Of a DNA stretch of 64,000 nt, positions 40,019 through 50,418 are shown in pieces. Under the pieces are notes generated by a model. The model did no database searches and had not been told where the DNA came from. It worked only from the letters and a program-made list of their open reading frames with translations. Made by a program: the position numbers and the translations under genes. How positions within the stretch are numbered: the first letter of the stretch is position 1; every line of letters starts with the position of its first letter. Location of the stretch: IMG/VR virus record IMGVR_UViG_3300044625_001067, positions 62,001 to 126,000 of that record, one strand, 5' to 3'.

Positions 40019-40062
40019 ATTATACGTTATTTCAGAGTAGAAACAAGGGGGGAAACCGTCCC
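40019..40062 (-). promoter_or_regulatory. Repeated early promoter element
   Basis: TTGTTT-16-TATAAT, GGGACGGTTTCCC box. Confidence 0.7.
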
Positions 40063-40887
40063 AAACGAAAGGTCGTACAAAGTGCTCGCTATGAGCAAAA
40101 GTCTTTCGCTGTCGTGCAACCCCGAAACCCATCGCTTAGGAATAGCCTTGTAACCGTAGTAAGCACCTGCTAGCTGCCCCGTAATCGCAGCAACCGTGTC
40201 TGAGTCGTCCCCGTAGTTCACAGCCTGCAGGATGGCCTCTTCAAAGGACGAAGTTGACCCAAAGTGGTAGAGTGCGGCGTTTAAGGACTTCGGTGCGTAC
40301 CCGGAATTTTCAATTCCCTCCGGCGAGACTTCAGGTTTTCCCCCCGTGCCATTTAAGTATTGGTGCAGCAAACGACCGAGATCTTTGCATAGGTCGGATG
40401 CCAAGTGGCCATGGGTTGTTGATGATGACGCGTCACACGCTGCTACAGCGTCCTGCTCACTTGACTTGTGGTACACAATAGAAACGGGGGATAAACGCAT
40501 CAAAGACCCGTTTCCTTTCGAATTCTCCGGATAGAGACTCAAAGACCCCTCAACGAGAAAAGTCTCAATTGCACGAAGTGTTCCATTGCCGATGTCAAAA
40601 CAGACACCTGTTGAGCTGTTCCTTCCGTACTCGTACCAGTTGGAGTACCGACGCATTTGGTCTCCAAGATTGATCTGCCCATTGCAATGAATAAAAGACT
40701 CGGCAAGGCAAACAGCCTGCGATGTGTCGTCCGTCCAGTAGCCTGACGGCAGATTAAAGGGCCCCCCTGCTCGGTAACCTGTGACGGTCTCAAAGGTCCC
40801 CGGTGGAGAGAACTCCACTGGCGCACCCATCGCGTCACCGATCGCAAGGCCAATAAAGGCTCCGAGGCATTTGTCGAAAGTTGTCAT
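40027..40887 (-). CDS. ADP-ribosylglycohydrolase (DraG/ARH family)
   Basis: GLAIGDAMG, WTDDT, GNGSLMR, TTH, GDDSDTVAAITGQLAGA. Confidence 0.93.
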   Translation of the reverse strand: MTTFDKCLGAFIGLAIGDAMGAPVEFSPPGTFETVTGYRAGGPFNLPSGYWTDDTSQAVCLAESFIHCNGQINLGDQMRRYSNWYEYGRNSSTGVCFDIGNGTLRAIETFLVEGSLSLYPENSKGNGSLMRLSPVSIVYHKSSEQDAVAACDASSSTTHGHLASDLCKDLGRLLHQYLNGTGGKPEVSPEGIENSGYAPKSLNAALYHFGSTSSFEEAILQAVNYGDDSDTVAAITGQLAGAYYGYKAIPKRWVSGLHDSERLLLIASTLYDLSFGTVSPLVSTLK

Positions 40888-40977
40888 TTTTCCTTGTATG
40901 GTTCTTGTTTGAGCGGGCTTGCTTGGGTGGATATAAGACCCAAGGTAAGGGTTAGAGTCTCGCACCATGGGCAAGGG

Positions 40978-41673
40978 CTATGCACGGGGGAACTTTCCTC
41001 GAAAAGATATCTTAGCGTCAAACCCCTTCTGCACGAGTCGATCCTTGTCCGATACACTCACAGGCGGAACACTGTCTGGGCTATCCCTCAGCGAGGCCAT
41101 AAACATTGATATATTTTGGTACATTTGCTCAGCCGGAATTGCTGAGGCGAATCCCAACTTCCCAAGGATTGGGATCTCGCGACTTACGGCCACTTGAGGC
41201 GACTTTTTGAGTCCGCTGAACCTCGGAGTGGGCTCTATCACGAATACGGGAACCTGAAGTTGTCTTGAGATATCGACACAACTTTTGTTCGGAACTCCCC
41301 ATATTTCGTCCATCCTAATTTCTTCGAACCATCTTCGGTGGCTGCTGTGTACCATGCGCAGAGAGGGGTGGTCTTCTGTAATTAGTCTCCAATCAGGAGT
41401 AAAACTTATCTTTGAGACAAGAAGGTACAGCTCTCCGCAAACTGAGCACCACTTAAACGCCCACGGAAGGATCTCCCCGTAGTAGTCTCTTCTGGTGGGT
41501 ACTTCTGGTATGCGTTCGGTTTCGTTGACGTTTACGTACACATTCGAAGAGTCCGGTTGGTCAGGCTGTGACAGCTCTTTGCGAACGTAAGTGTTCGAGG
41601 GGTCACCACCTTCTTGAGAGTACAAATACTCCACATAGTCGTAGTAGTCCTTGAATTTTGATTGGATCTTCAT
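40978..41673 (-). CDS. Conserved phage hypothetical protein
   Basis: MKIQSKFKDYYD start and KGFDAKISFR end. Confidence 0.75.
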   Translation of the reverse strand: MKIQSKFKDYYDYVEYLYSQEGGDPSNTYVRKELSQPDQPDSSNVYVNVNETERIPEVPTRRDYYGEILPWAFKWCSVCGELYLLVSKISFTPDWRLITEDHPSLRMVHSSHRRWFEEIRMDEIWGVPNKSCVDISRQLQVPVFVIEPTPRFSGLKKSPQVAVSREIPILGKLGFASAIPAEQMYQNISMFMASLRDSPDSVPPVSVSDKDRLVQKGFDAKISFRGKFPRA

Positions 41674-41727
41674 TTTCCTACTGATTTAGGCCCCTGCCTG
41701 GTTCTGATGGGTTAACGTGTCGGAGTC

Positions 41728-42328
41728 TTAGTGGGATGCTAGTATGGCAAACGCATCAAGATTGTCGTAAGTTTGAGAACGTCCCCAGTGGTTTATGGCG
41801 TCCTTGTCCCACCAATCTGAAGGCAACACATCGGAACCAATTCTAGGACCAAACTCAGTTACTAACCAACTTTCTCTGTCGTAGTCCCAAACTGAGTTCG
41901 AAAGCTCTATTTGTTCGGCTATATACCTTCTTCCGTCTGGCCCCTCAGCAACAACAACTTCATACTCGGTCCAACCTCCGTGAAACTCCTCTCGCCGCTT
42001 CTTCAGCGTTTTCCACTTTCTGCCTTAGGTCAAGGACGATGCAGGCAAAGTTCTTAAATACTTTCTCTTGAGACTCGGACAAGTTCGTCCAGTTAATTCC
42101 CGCGTCGCTCGTCGGATTCGGGGTGACCTCTTCGGTGTTCAAACCAGACAAGATCTCCCGCATGACCTGGTGTGTGTCCCACTCCACCTTAAACCGGTAG
42201 AAGTCTTCTGAACTTTTGAAATCTGCCCAGTTAAATACACCGTAGTTTCGTATTTCTACGGGGTCCAACATTAGTTTCTTGGCCTTTTTCTTTCCTGAAG
42301 GACTAAGGGCCTTTAGTTCAAGGTTCAC
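41728..42328 (-). pseudogene. Hypothetical protein, probably frameshifted
   Basis: ORF 41960..42328 overlaps a ~100-codon open +1 frame with no early start codon (WKTLKKRREEFHGGWTEYEVV...ILASH) ending at 41728. Confidence 0.5.
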
Positions 42329-42384
42329 AGTGTTTCAGCGTGGGTTGGAGTGTAGGGTGCTGTTTTGGCTAGGAAAGTTGGCGG

Positions 42385-42715
42385 TGTAAGGGGGCCGAAA
42401 CCCCCGAGTTATGAGTCAGAGTGCGGTTGCTCAAACGGCAACGGCAATCCTCTCGAATTTGACGATGTTGTTAGCGTCTATTTTGTGCTTATGCAAGCGG
42501 CTTTCACTCAGGCGACATCTTTACCCTAGCGAGACCATGGCACCCCCTTGACTAGAGGTGGGAGTTTAACCCACAGTGACCCTGCCTTCTCAGTAAGTCG
42601 GAAGGTTGAAGAAGGGACGGTCACGTTCTCAAATGGAGGTGAGGGGATTCGAACCCCTGTATAGGGCACTATCTTCCAGAGCTACACCCAGTTTAATGTC
42701 GTGTGGTAGGACTGT
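42385..42715 (-). ncRNA. ssrA: Permuted two-piece tmRNA (outer ends approximate)
   Basis: T-arm AGGGGTTCGAATCCCCT plus CACCTCCA (ends 42634) precedes the 5' strand GGGGGTG (starts 42547), giving G3.U70; tag ORF 42431-42475 ANNIVKFERIAVAV*. Confidence 0.9.
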
Positions 42716-44358
42716 CCGCCTAATAAACTTCTATGCTTAGCCCACTCGTTTCAGGGGTGGGTGTTGACCAGGAGCCTATCCCTATGCAAGCTCCGGACGG
42801 TAAAATGAGTTGCAGGTATTCTCCGCCATGTGAACCCTGGCAGCCTTTAACCTCCGAGTAAGAGTAGCTCAGAATGTCTCTATTTTCTACCAACTTTTCA
42901 AGGTCCCCTTCAATCATGAGCGGCAAGCCCCGTAAGTATCGGTTTCACGTCGTATTTTCGTACTAAAAGCGCCAAAAGCTCTTTCTTCAGCCCCTCAAAC
43001 CCACCTACAATTTGGTCCTGGGGAACAGCGTAGCAGGGTCCAACCTTCGTACCCGCCCAAGGGATAACCTGCTTCGTTTCGAGTATCTCTTTTCGGTACT
43101 TCATAAGCAGGTCATCAACTTCGATCATCAGAGTGAGCTGGGGGTCGGGTTGGCTGGATTGCCTCATTTTAACAGTGTAGTTAGTGCTAAGTGAAAGTAA
43201 ACCGGAGCATGCCGTCAAAACTCCTTCAGTAGAGCCGATGTGGAGAAATCTTGGCCAGCTTGAGAGTTTATCAGCACACACTCTGCTTGCACAGAAGGGT
43301 GCCAGAATCCTTTTATCTCAGAAAACGGGACGTAGTTTTCCCTGGCCCAGCTACGAAAAGAGTCCTCTTCTTCAGCTGTGAGACTACGATAGAGTTCCAT
43401 GGACTTTGAGGGAGTTACCGGAGAGTGTTTTTAGTGTAGTCAAAACCGGGACTTCTGGCGAAAGACCCTGCTTCGGGAGACCCTGAATAGAGCAGAGAGG
43501 GATAGTGCCAAAATTATCAGGATCCAGAGGCCATCCACAACTGTGCTACTCAGGGCTATGGGGTCTCCCAAGGTCTGCGAGGGGACTTCAGTCTGAGTCT
43601 GGTGACGCTTTTCCATTTGATGAGAAGGGCGGAGTAAGCAGTGTGGGGTTGAATGGAATGAGAACCTCGGACCAGAAGGAGTCACCGTTGGGGCACTTGT
43701 AGAGAAACTCCCAAGTTTGTGTCCCAACACTTTGTGCTCCAGCGATTAACTTGCAGCTTTCCTCTGTGACTTTCTGAGCGTCCTTTGACCAGAAAGGTCT
43801 CCACCCCTCCGGGTGGTATGCGAAAGCAGGTTGTGCCGAAGAAAACGAGCATAGGGCGCAGAGGGTTAAACTCAGTATAAACTTCATGGGGCAGGATTAA
43901 AGGACAAGATCCCAGTTCGGGTCTCCCGAAAGGTCGACCCACACGCAGTACCCACTCTTGGAAGAGACAAGTACTTTGTTGCCAGTGCGTTTTTCCAGCC
44001 GAACGGCGCTGTCACCGCCCATAGACTTTTCCAGGGCTGCCCTGGCTTTGTTTGACCGGGGGACTAAGCGCATTCCTCCATCTCAGGGTGGTACAGCGGA
44101 GTGGTAAGACTCCCCCAGTTATCGCCCAGGAAGGCCAGGAACCCTGGGACAAGAGTGTCGTTGTAGAAGGGGTCTAGGTCCTCTGGGACTCGGCTATAAG
44201 CCGTGGGGCTCAGCTTCATGAGCTGGTTAACAAGGTGCTGACCCCACCGAATACCCTGGGTCTGAGGCTGGTTAGAAGCCCATTCGACAAATTCCTGAAA
44301 GTCCATTGGATCTCCTGAGTTGAGGGCTAAGTGTCTGAGCACCGCTGCTCATGTAAAT

Positions 44359-44423
44359 ACTATACCGTTTCTGCCGAGCAGAAGCAAGCCGGGAAACCGC
44401 CCCGGAGCAAGCGGTTAACCGCC
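44359..44423 (-). promoter_or_regulatory. Repeated early promoter element (two boxes)
   Basis: GGCGGTTAACCG and GGGGCGGTTTCCC, TTGCTT-17-TATAGT. Confidence 0.85.
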
Positions 44424-44450
44424 TCTGGTTTAGCCAAGAAATTGCAGGAG

Positions 44451-44918
44451 TCAGGCGAAGGAAGGCTCAAGGAGTAACGATAGCATTTCCTGTATGGTCG
44501 CGTAGATGGGATCTTCAACTGTAAAGGCGAACTTTTCGGTTGCCTTGTCGTCAATCCACTCTCTCACTCCTGTTCCGAACTCGGTGGACCTTGCGTACCA
44601 ATCGCAAACCATCTCCGCGACGTAAACTTTGGGCATGTCGTGAATGCTCCCCCAGTATTCAGGGTGGTGCGGGTTCACTGACTGATGGTGTTTTACGACT
44701 TCGGACAGCAAGGGGTCTGAATGAAAAAGGTGTGCAAACTCAATTCCCTTAAACTTTGAATTGTCATGGATCTGCCCGTTTGCGATTAAGTTGCGCCCCA
44801 GCTCAATGTCGCCGCGTTTCATTAGCTTCAGGCCAAGCTTGTAACAGCTCCTTTGCACGTTTTTTATGTGCGAGAAAACCAACTCAATTTTTTCGACGGC
44901 TTCGGTCTCAATTGTCAT
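44451..44918 (-). CDS. HD-superfamily hydrolase (DUF5662-like)
   Basis: HIKNV, HDNSKF, HHQSVNPHHPEYW, EMVCDW. Confidence 0.8.
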   Translation of the reverse strand: MTIETEAVEKIELVFSHIKNVQRSCYKLGLKLMKRGDIELGRNLIANGQIHDNSKFKGIEFAHLFHSDPLLSEVVKHHQSVNPHHPEYWGSIHDMPKVYVAEMVCDWYARSTEFGTGVREWIDDKATEKFAFTVEDPIYATIQEMLSLLLEPSFA

Positions 44919-44959
44919 GGGAGTAGTATGCATTCGCACAGAAAATGTTACCCTTGCGC

Positions 44960-46102
44960 TCACCGGTTCTCAATACAACCGAGACTTTGAAATTTTTCCA
45001 CAGTCTCAGCACAGAGAGTGTTGATGAGTTGGTCATCTACCGTGTTCGGCAAGACGCACTCGTTCTTCCCCACGTGCTCAGCCTCCTTAAAGAGCTGAGT
45101 TACAATTGTGCTTAGTTCGTCATACGTAATCCTGCCGTACTTAATGTCCAGAAGAAAATCTGCGTCCCCAACCAACTTTCTATTCACAAGAAGCTCTCCG
45201 GTTCGCATTCCCTCAATGGCCATTTTCATAAGTCGAACACAGTGGCTGGCGTTCTTCCCGTCGTACCCACAGGCCCGCTCAATTTCGGATCGCTTCACAT
45301 TCCGATTAGTCAACCAATCTTGGTAATTACTCCACCGTTTTAAATCTGACCGGTACTGTTGGCTTGAGTGGAGAAGGGCCATGTACTCATCGCTTGCTCT
45401 CGTGATTTTCTGTGTTTCATTGAAGCACTCCTCCGGTAAGACACTCTGCTTCAAAATTCCTTTCCAATCAACACGGTCGTTGAGAAGCTCGTACAGCTCG
45501 ACTGAAGGTTGGTAGTACTCGATTCTGTCTTTAATCAGCAAGTACAAGTACTCGATGAAAGACTCGATTTGAGACGGGGTTAAGCTCGGGGAAGAGACAC
45601 CGTAGTCCTCCCACTCCGGTCGCCGTGTTGGAGGGTTTAAGAGCCATTTGCGGTGAGTCTCCATTTTCTTGATCTGGGACCTTGCGTACTGAACGAATGT
45701 GCCAGAGATTCTCCTGGAAATTAGCTTCCTCCGGTTGTCAATTAGCGACTGCCCCAGAAAGTCAAGGTACAGGTAGCTGTCGGGAGTCTGCCAGAGCATC
45801 TCCAAAATGTTGGGGTTTTGCGACCGCAACAAGCTCAGGTACCTGCGAATGCCGTACACCACTGAATCCGAGTTATCTAACTCAGGGAATCTAGAGTTGA
45901 ACTCACCCTCGTCTTGTTGCTCCCCTACCCACCCCTTATCCTTTTGCTCAAATGTTTCGAGAGTGGTGTAAAACCGCTGTGGCGCCACACAGATTCCCTT
46001 AAAGTCCAAGTCGGACATCTCGGTGTTGAGGCCATAGGCGTGGCTGCCTGACTTGCAAAACAGGATCATCCCGTCTTCAATTTCTTTTCGTGTAATTGTC
46101 AT
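44960..46102 (-). CDS. Pol-beta-superfamily nucleotidyltransferase (RlaP/YcgL-like)
   Basis: GSHAYGLNTEMSDLDFKG, NPNILEML, GYDGKNASHCVRL. Confidence 0.88.
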   Translation of the reverse strand: MTITRKEIEDGMILFCKSGSHAYGLNTEMSDLDFKGICVAPQRFYTTLETFEQKDKGWVGEQQDEGEFNSRFPELDNSDSVVYGIRRYLSLLRSQNPNILEMLWQTPDSYLYLDFLGQSLIDNRRKLISRRISGTFVQYARSQIKKMETHRKWLLNPPTRRPEWEDYGVSSPSLTPSQIESFIEYLYLLIKDRIEYYQPSVELYELLNDRVDWKGILKQSVLPEECFNETQKITRASDEYMALLHSSQQYRSDLKRWSNYQDWLTNRNVKRSEIERACGYDGKNASHCVRLMKMAIEGMRTGELLVNRKLVGDADFLLDIKYGRITYDELSTIVTQLFKEAEHVGKNECVLPNTVDDQLINTLCAETVEKFQSLGCIENR

Positions 46103-46438
46103 TTTTCCAGTTACTGGTTTGTCTACGTGTGTTACTAGCGGTTTTCAATCCCAGTCCCTTACGTCAACAATCTCGTACCAGTCGTACTCCCGGTCTGGGT
46201 CTTTGCTGCACTTAATTCGGTAGGTTATGTTGTTGCTTTTTAGTTGGCCTTTCATGGGGCCAGACTTGAAGAATCGTGGACAATCAACGTACTCGATTTG
46301 CTCTCTAGCCTCGCTCACAGTTTCAAAACGAGCTATCCAATCTTCTGACCCTTGTGAAGGGTAGTAATGATCGCCGGCAATCAAGAGGAAAGGCTTGTCC
46401 ATGCTTAAGCTCAGGTTGTTTTCGGAGTATGATAACTA

Positions 46439-46496
46439 AGTGTAGCGGGTGTTTGTAACGTGAACAAGACAGGGAACCCCGCTAAGGGTTAATCGG
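46439..46496 (-). promoter_or_regulatory. Repeated early promoter element (degenerate)
   Basis: TTGTTC-17-TACACT with degenerate boxes. Confidence 0.55.
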
Positions 46497-46986
46497 TCAA
46501 ACCTTTACTAAATCGGCAGGGTCACAAGCCCGAGACGTGGCCCCGTCCCATCCGAATCGAGACACTGCCTCGTTGAACTTTACGAAAACATTCTTGCCAT
46601 TGTGAGAGGACACCGTGCCGTGCTCAACGTCAAAGTGGTCTAGGCATCCTGAGGCATGAAGTGGGACGTAGGCTACTCGTGTTCCAGGTGTTGCAAGTTC
46701 GATGTTCATTGTTTTCGGGGTTGTTTTAACTTGTTTAACTCGTTTAACTCAATTTTAAGCCCCAGCTCTTTAAGGGCCAGGGTCTGGGCTCTTAGCCTCA
46801 GCTCTTCGGCTCTTAGCCTCAGTGTGTCTTCTCGGCAGGAAAGTTCTTCCTCCTTCAGGGAAAGTTCTTCCTCCTTCAGGGCGAGGGTCTCAGCTCGAAG
46901 CTCTTCGAGTCTTTTGCCCCTTGGGGGCAGGGGCATTCGCATCCACAATGGTAAAAAGGCTGGGCACCACATTTGTTTAAGGGGAC

Positions 46987-47595
46987 TCAGGAGCTGCCGA
47001 GGACAAAACGTACGAATCGCTTCACAACTATGTTTTCGCCAACTATTGCAGCGAAGTTCTTCACGTATGTTTCGATACTCATTGAGTTGTCTTTGATGTA
47101 GGGCTGGTCCATGAGAGACAGCTCTCTGAATCGCTTTGCCACACGACCCTCAACGATCTTGTTTTGAATTGCCTCGGGCTTCTTCACAAGGTCTGCCTTT
47201 CCGGACTCAATCCGAGTCTCCTCAAGGAGAGTCTCCTCAGGGATATCAAAGATTGAAACGTGGCACACAGAGGGGCACGCTGCAATTTGCATCGAAAGAT
47301 TTCGAACAAGTTCCTGAAAGGGTTCGGACTTGGCCACAAAGTCCGTTTCGCAGTTGACCTCGATAAGGACTCCAACCTTACCGCCAGTGTGAATGTAGCT
47401 ACCCACAGTACCTTCTCGTGCGCTCCGACCGATCTTTCCGTCAGCCAGGGCGACTCCTTTCTGCCGCAGCCACGTGATCGCACCGGCCTCATCACTGTCA
47501 GACAAAATAAGTGCTTCTTTGCAGAGAATCAGGCCCGCACCGGTCTTCTCTCGCAGGGACTTAACTTGTAGGATTGTTGGAGGGGTGGAAGCCAT
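46987..47595 (-). CDS. tsf: Translation elongation factor Ts (short cyanobacterial-type)
   Basis: VKSLREKTGAG..CKEAL, SYIHTGGKVGVLIEVNCETDFVA, GENIVVKRFVRF. Confidence 0.95.
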   Translation of the reverse strand: MASTPPTILQVKSLREKTGAGLILCKEALILSDSDEAGAITWLRQKGVALADGKIGRSAREGTVGSYIHTGGKVGVLIEVNCETDFVAKSEPFQELVRNLSMQIAACPSVCHVSIFDIPEETLLEETRIESGKADLVKKPEAIQNKIVEGRVAKRFRELSLMDQPYIKDNSMSIETYVKNFAAIVGENIVVKRFVRFVLGSS

Positions 47596-47636
47596 GTTAC
47601 TTAGGTGTGGTAGAGGGGGTTATTCAGGCTGTAAAT

Positions 47637-47701
47637 ACTATAACGCTTTCTCTTCGAGAAACCAAGCCGGGAAACCGTCCCCGAGCAAACGGTTAACCGC
47701 C
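47637..47701 (-). promoter_or_regulatory. Repeated early promoter element (two boxes)
   Basis: TTGGTT-17-TATAGT, hairpin TTTCTC-3-GAGAAA. Confidence 0.8.
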
Positions 47702-48037
47702 TAGAAGCGCAGGAATGTGGAGAGAGAAAGGTAATCCCTTTAGCTGTGCGAAAGAGATCTCGGACTGAACTCCAGTGGACTCACACCAACCAGGTAAGGT
47801 TAAGACGTAGAGCTCGTCGGACTTACTCAGCAGCGTTAGGCACTGGTTTTCCCAGAATTTGTAGTCGGTAGGCAAGTCGATACCTGAACTCAGGGCAAAG
47901 TGCATAAGCAACGGCGAGAATGCCACTAACCCTTTCGATGCAAGGTGTGCGAGTTCGTAAGTCACCGCGTTCATACGAAACTTTACAACAGTAGGGTCGC
48001 GGTCGTTGTAAGGTGCCGCGACGTAAATTAAGGGCAT
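47693..48037 (-). CDS. DUF1937 / nucleoside deoxyribosyltransferase-like protein
   Basis: IYVAAPY, FSPLLMH, LPGWCESTGVQSEI. Confidence 0.8.
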   Translation of the reverse strand: MPLIYVAAPYNDRDPTVVKFRMNAVTYELAHLASKGLVAFSPLLMHFALSSGIDLPTDYKFWENQCLTLLSKSDELYVLTLPGWCESTGVQSEISFAQLKGLPFSLHIPALLGG

Positions 48038-49029
48038 TTGCCTGGCACCTTTTCATAGGAAGTCACTGTTTTCTCCTGCATTTCAAAGAATTGATACACG
48101 AAGCTAGCGTCTTCGACACTGTCGTTTTCGTTCTTCATATGGGTAACTTGGCGTATTCCAAGGAAAGACCCGTGAATCTTGATCACTTCTGTGGAAATTT
48201 CGTACCACCTGTGCCTATCAAGGTCTAAGTCCCTAGCCACAACTTCGTAGTTGGTGTCGTAGAAGAAGTTTTCGTAGATGTCTTCCGGAAGGTCGTCAAC
48301 CCAGTAACCAGTTTGCTTGAGGCTAAGCCCTTGAAGTTTGCTTAAGAGATTGCTGAAGGTTGTTTGGGGTTTGCTCATTGGAGTCAGTAGGTCAGTCGTC
48401 GGGCTCAATTGTGTACTCGATGCGTAGCAGTGAGCAAAGTTCTCGTGCAAAATAAATCTCTCCGACTCTGCATCCACTGTCAAAGGCGTCGTCCACCCTG
48501 TCTATGTCGCTAAAGTCGTACTCTTCTTGTCCGGGTGATCTATCAAAAACGGTACGCTTTGAAGCTACGAACCTTAGCTTGTCAATCAGTTTGGTGTTGA
48601 TTAGTTCCACGGGAGTCCCTCAGCGGCGATCAAGAGCCTGTAAAGAAGCCTCAATTTCTTGCCTCTTTTCCTCGGATACTCCAACGGTGTAGTCCTCGGC
48701 ACCCTCTTCTTCGAAGTAACTAAGCGGGTTAATGCCCGTTGCCATCTCGTGAATCTCGAAGAAGTTTACAATTTCTTCCTCATCTGTTACGAAGATGAAA
48801 TTTTCCACGGAGACAACTCCGGAAATTTCGCTGTGCTTTCCGAGAACTTCACCGAAGTAAAGTTCTTTCCCGCTATCGATCAACCTTTTGACTTCTTGAG
48901 GTTCGGCAACGAAAATTCCCTCAAGCTCGCCCATTCGTCCGCAATCGAAGAAGAACTTGTAAATAGCTTTTTTCATCTGTTTTGTGTCGGTTGGAGTTGG
49001 TTGTGTGTTTTGCTGCTTCATTCAGGATA

Positions 49030-49075
49030 ACTTTAGCGTATCCGCAGCGCAGAAACAAGGGCGGAAAACCGTCCC
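49030..49075 (-). promoter_or_regulatory. Repeated early promoter element
   Basis: TTGTTT-17-TAAAGT. Confidence 0.7.
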
Positions 49076-49076
49076 T

Positions 49077-49973
49077 TCACTTGGACAAACTTTGGAAGTA
49101 AGTGAGTAGGTCCGTGCTATCGAACGGAGTGCGTTCGCTGCTCCTGCTTGTTTTTGCGTACGTGCCTTCGACAGCGTCGATGTACATTGTGAAGCTACCG
49201 TCGTCTCCCATGTAAAACTTTGACCAACCCTCGTTCGTGAGCAATCTTCTGATGTTTAGTTGTTCCACAGCAAGGTTGTCGAACGATAAGTGAATCTTTC
49301 CAAGGAAAGTTGGGATGGCCCGGTACCATTCGGAAAGAAGCTTCTTGGTCTTGTTACCGTAGAACTGGATACCACGGCCAAAGGTTTTGTACCCAAGCAC
49401 AAGAGTTTTGCTGTTCGGGAGGGTGCTTAGGTCTGATAGAACTCTGGGCGAGTGCACACCAGCAATCACATGAAACACGGTGTGCGGGTTGTTTTTCAGG
49501 AATTGTCTTACCAGGGGCAGGTTTGCACCGGTCACAGAAACTCCGACCCCTTTTACCAAGTCCTTCCTTCTCAGATACCCTAAAAGAAACTGGTAAGGTT
49601 CCAGGTGCCGTTCATTCACAGTCAAATTGGCTACCAAACCCTTATTGCGAACTTCTCGAAGGAAGGGGATAAGGTCAGGGTGGGATAGCGGGTTCCCGCC
49701 CCCAATCGCCAGCTCTACGCCCGGTGGTAAAGGCTCCAAAACTGTAAGTAAGCGGTTCAGATCCCCGTGCTTTCCTTCGAGAGTGGAGTTTTCGTGGCAG
49801 TAAGGGCACGCAAGGTCGCAAAAATTTGTAACCTTGATGTCAATGCTTTCCGGGTGTTCTGCCCAAGGGTGGTCTGCGTCCAGAGTCTCTCGAGTCTTGG
49901 TGCCGCCAGACCACAAAGTAACGTTGCAGTTACCGTTTTTGTACGCGTGAAGGACTGTCTCAGTAGTTGTCAT
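49077..49973 (-). CDS. Radical SAM protein
   Basis: YKNGN N-terminus, CDLACPYC (CxxxCxxC), AIGGGNP. Confidence 0.92.
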   Translation of the reverse strand: MTTTETVLHAYKNGNCNVTLWSGGTKTRETLDADHPWAEHPESIDIKVTNFCDLACPYCHENSTLEGKHGDLNRLLTVLEPLPPGVELAIGGGNPLSHPDLIPFLREVRNKGLVANLTVNERHLEPYQFLLGYLRRKDLVKGVGVSVTGANLPLVRQFLKNNPHTVFHVIAGVHSPRVLSDLSTLPNSKTLVLGYKTFGRGIQFYGNKTKKLLSEWYRAIPTFLGKIHLSFDNLAVEQLNIRRLLTNEGWSKFYMGDDGSFTMYIDAVEGTYAKTSRSSERTPFDSTDLLTYFQSLSK

Positions 49974-50418
49974 TGTCGGTATGAAGGACACTGCGAGGGT
50001 TAAAGATAAACTGTCGCAAAAGTTCTGGGTCTTCGAACAAGTAGTCTAGCTGACCCCCTTCAACAGACTGGTGGTCGATGTACGATGTTTCCCGTGGGTG
50101 AGACCAGTCTGTAGATAAATCGTATACAACGTTTGAGCAACCCGTTTGCTGCTTGATCACTGTGTCAAGAACTTCCTTGAACTCCGCACTCTTTTCCCCG
50201 GACCACTCGGAAACGTAAATGGCCGCGTAACTCGCCTTAGTGCCCGCATCGGAGTAGTCTTCCACTTCCCAGCCAAACTGGCCCCCATTGAGGACCACTT
50301 CCCCCTGTTCGTTCAAGGGCAAAGTATCAAGGAGATCTGTGGAACTTGAAGAGATACTGAGTGAGTGAGTGCTTGAACTGTTGGTTTCAAAAACTGCTTG
50401 TCTTGTTTGAATGGTCAT
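49960..50418 (-). CDS. FETNSSS-motif protein coupled to the radical SAM gene
   Basis: R..VFETNSSSTHS, GQFGWE, YIDHQS, FIFN...TDNDN; overlaps the radical SAM start. Confidence 0.8.
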   Translation of the reverse strand: MTIQTRQAVFETNSSSTHSLSISSSSTDLLDTLPLNEQGEVVLNGGQFGWEVEDYSDAGTKASYAAIYVSEWSGEKSAEFKEVLDTVIKQQTGCSNVVYDLSTDWSHPRETSYIDHQSVEGGQLDYLFEDPELLRQFIFNPRSVLHTDNDNY

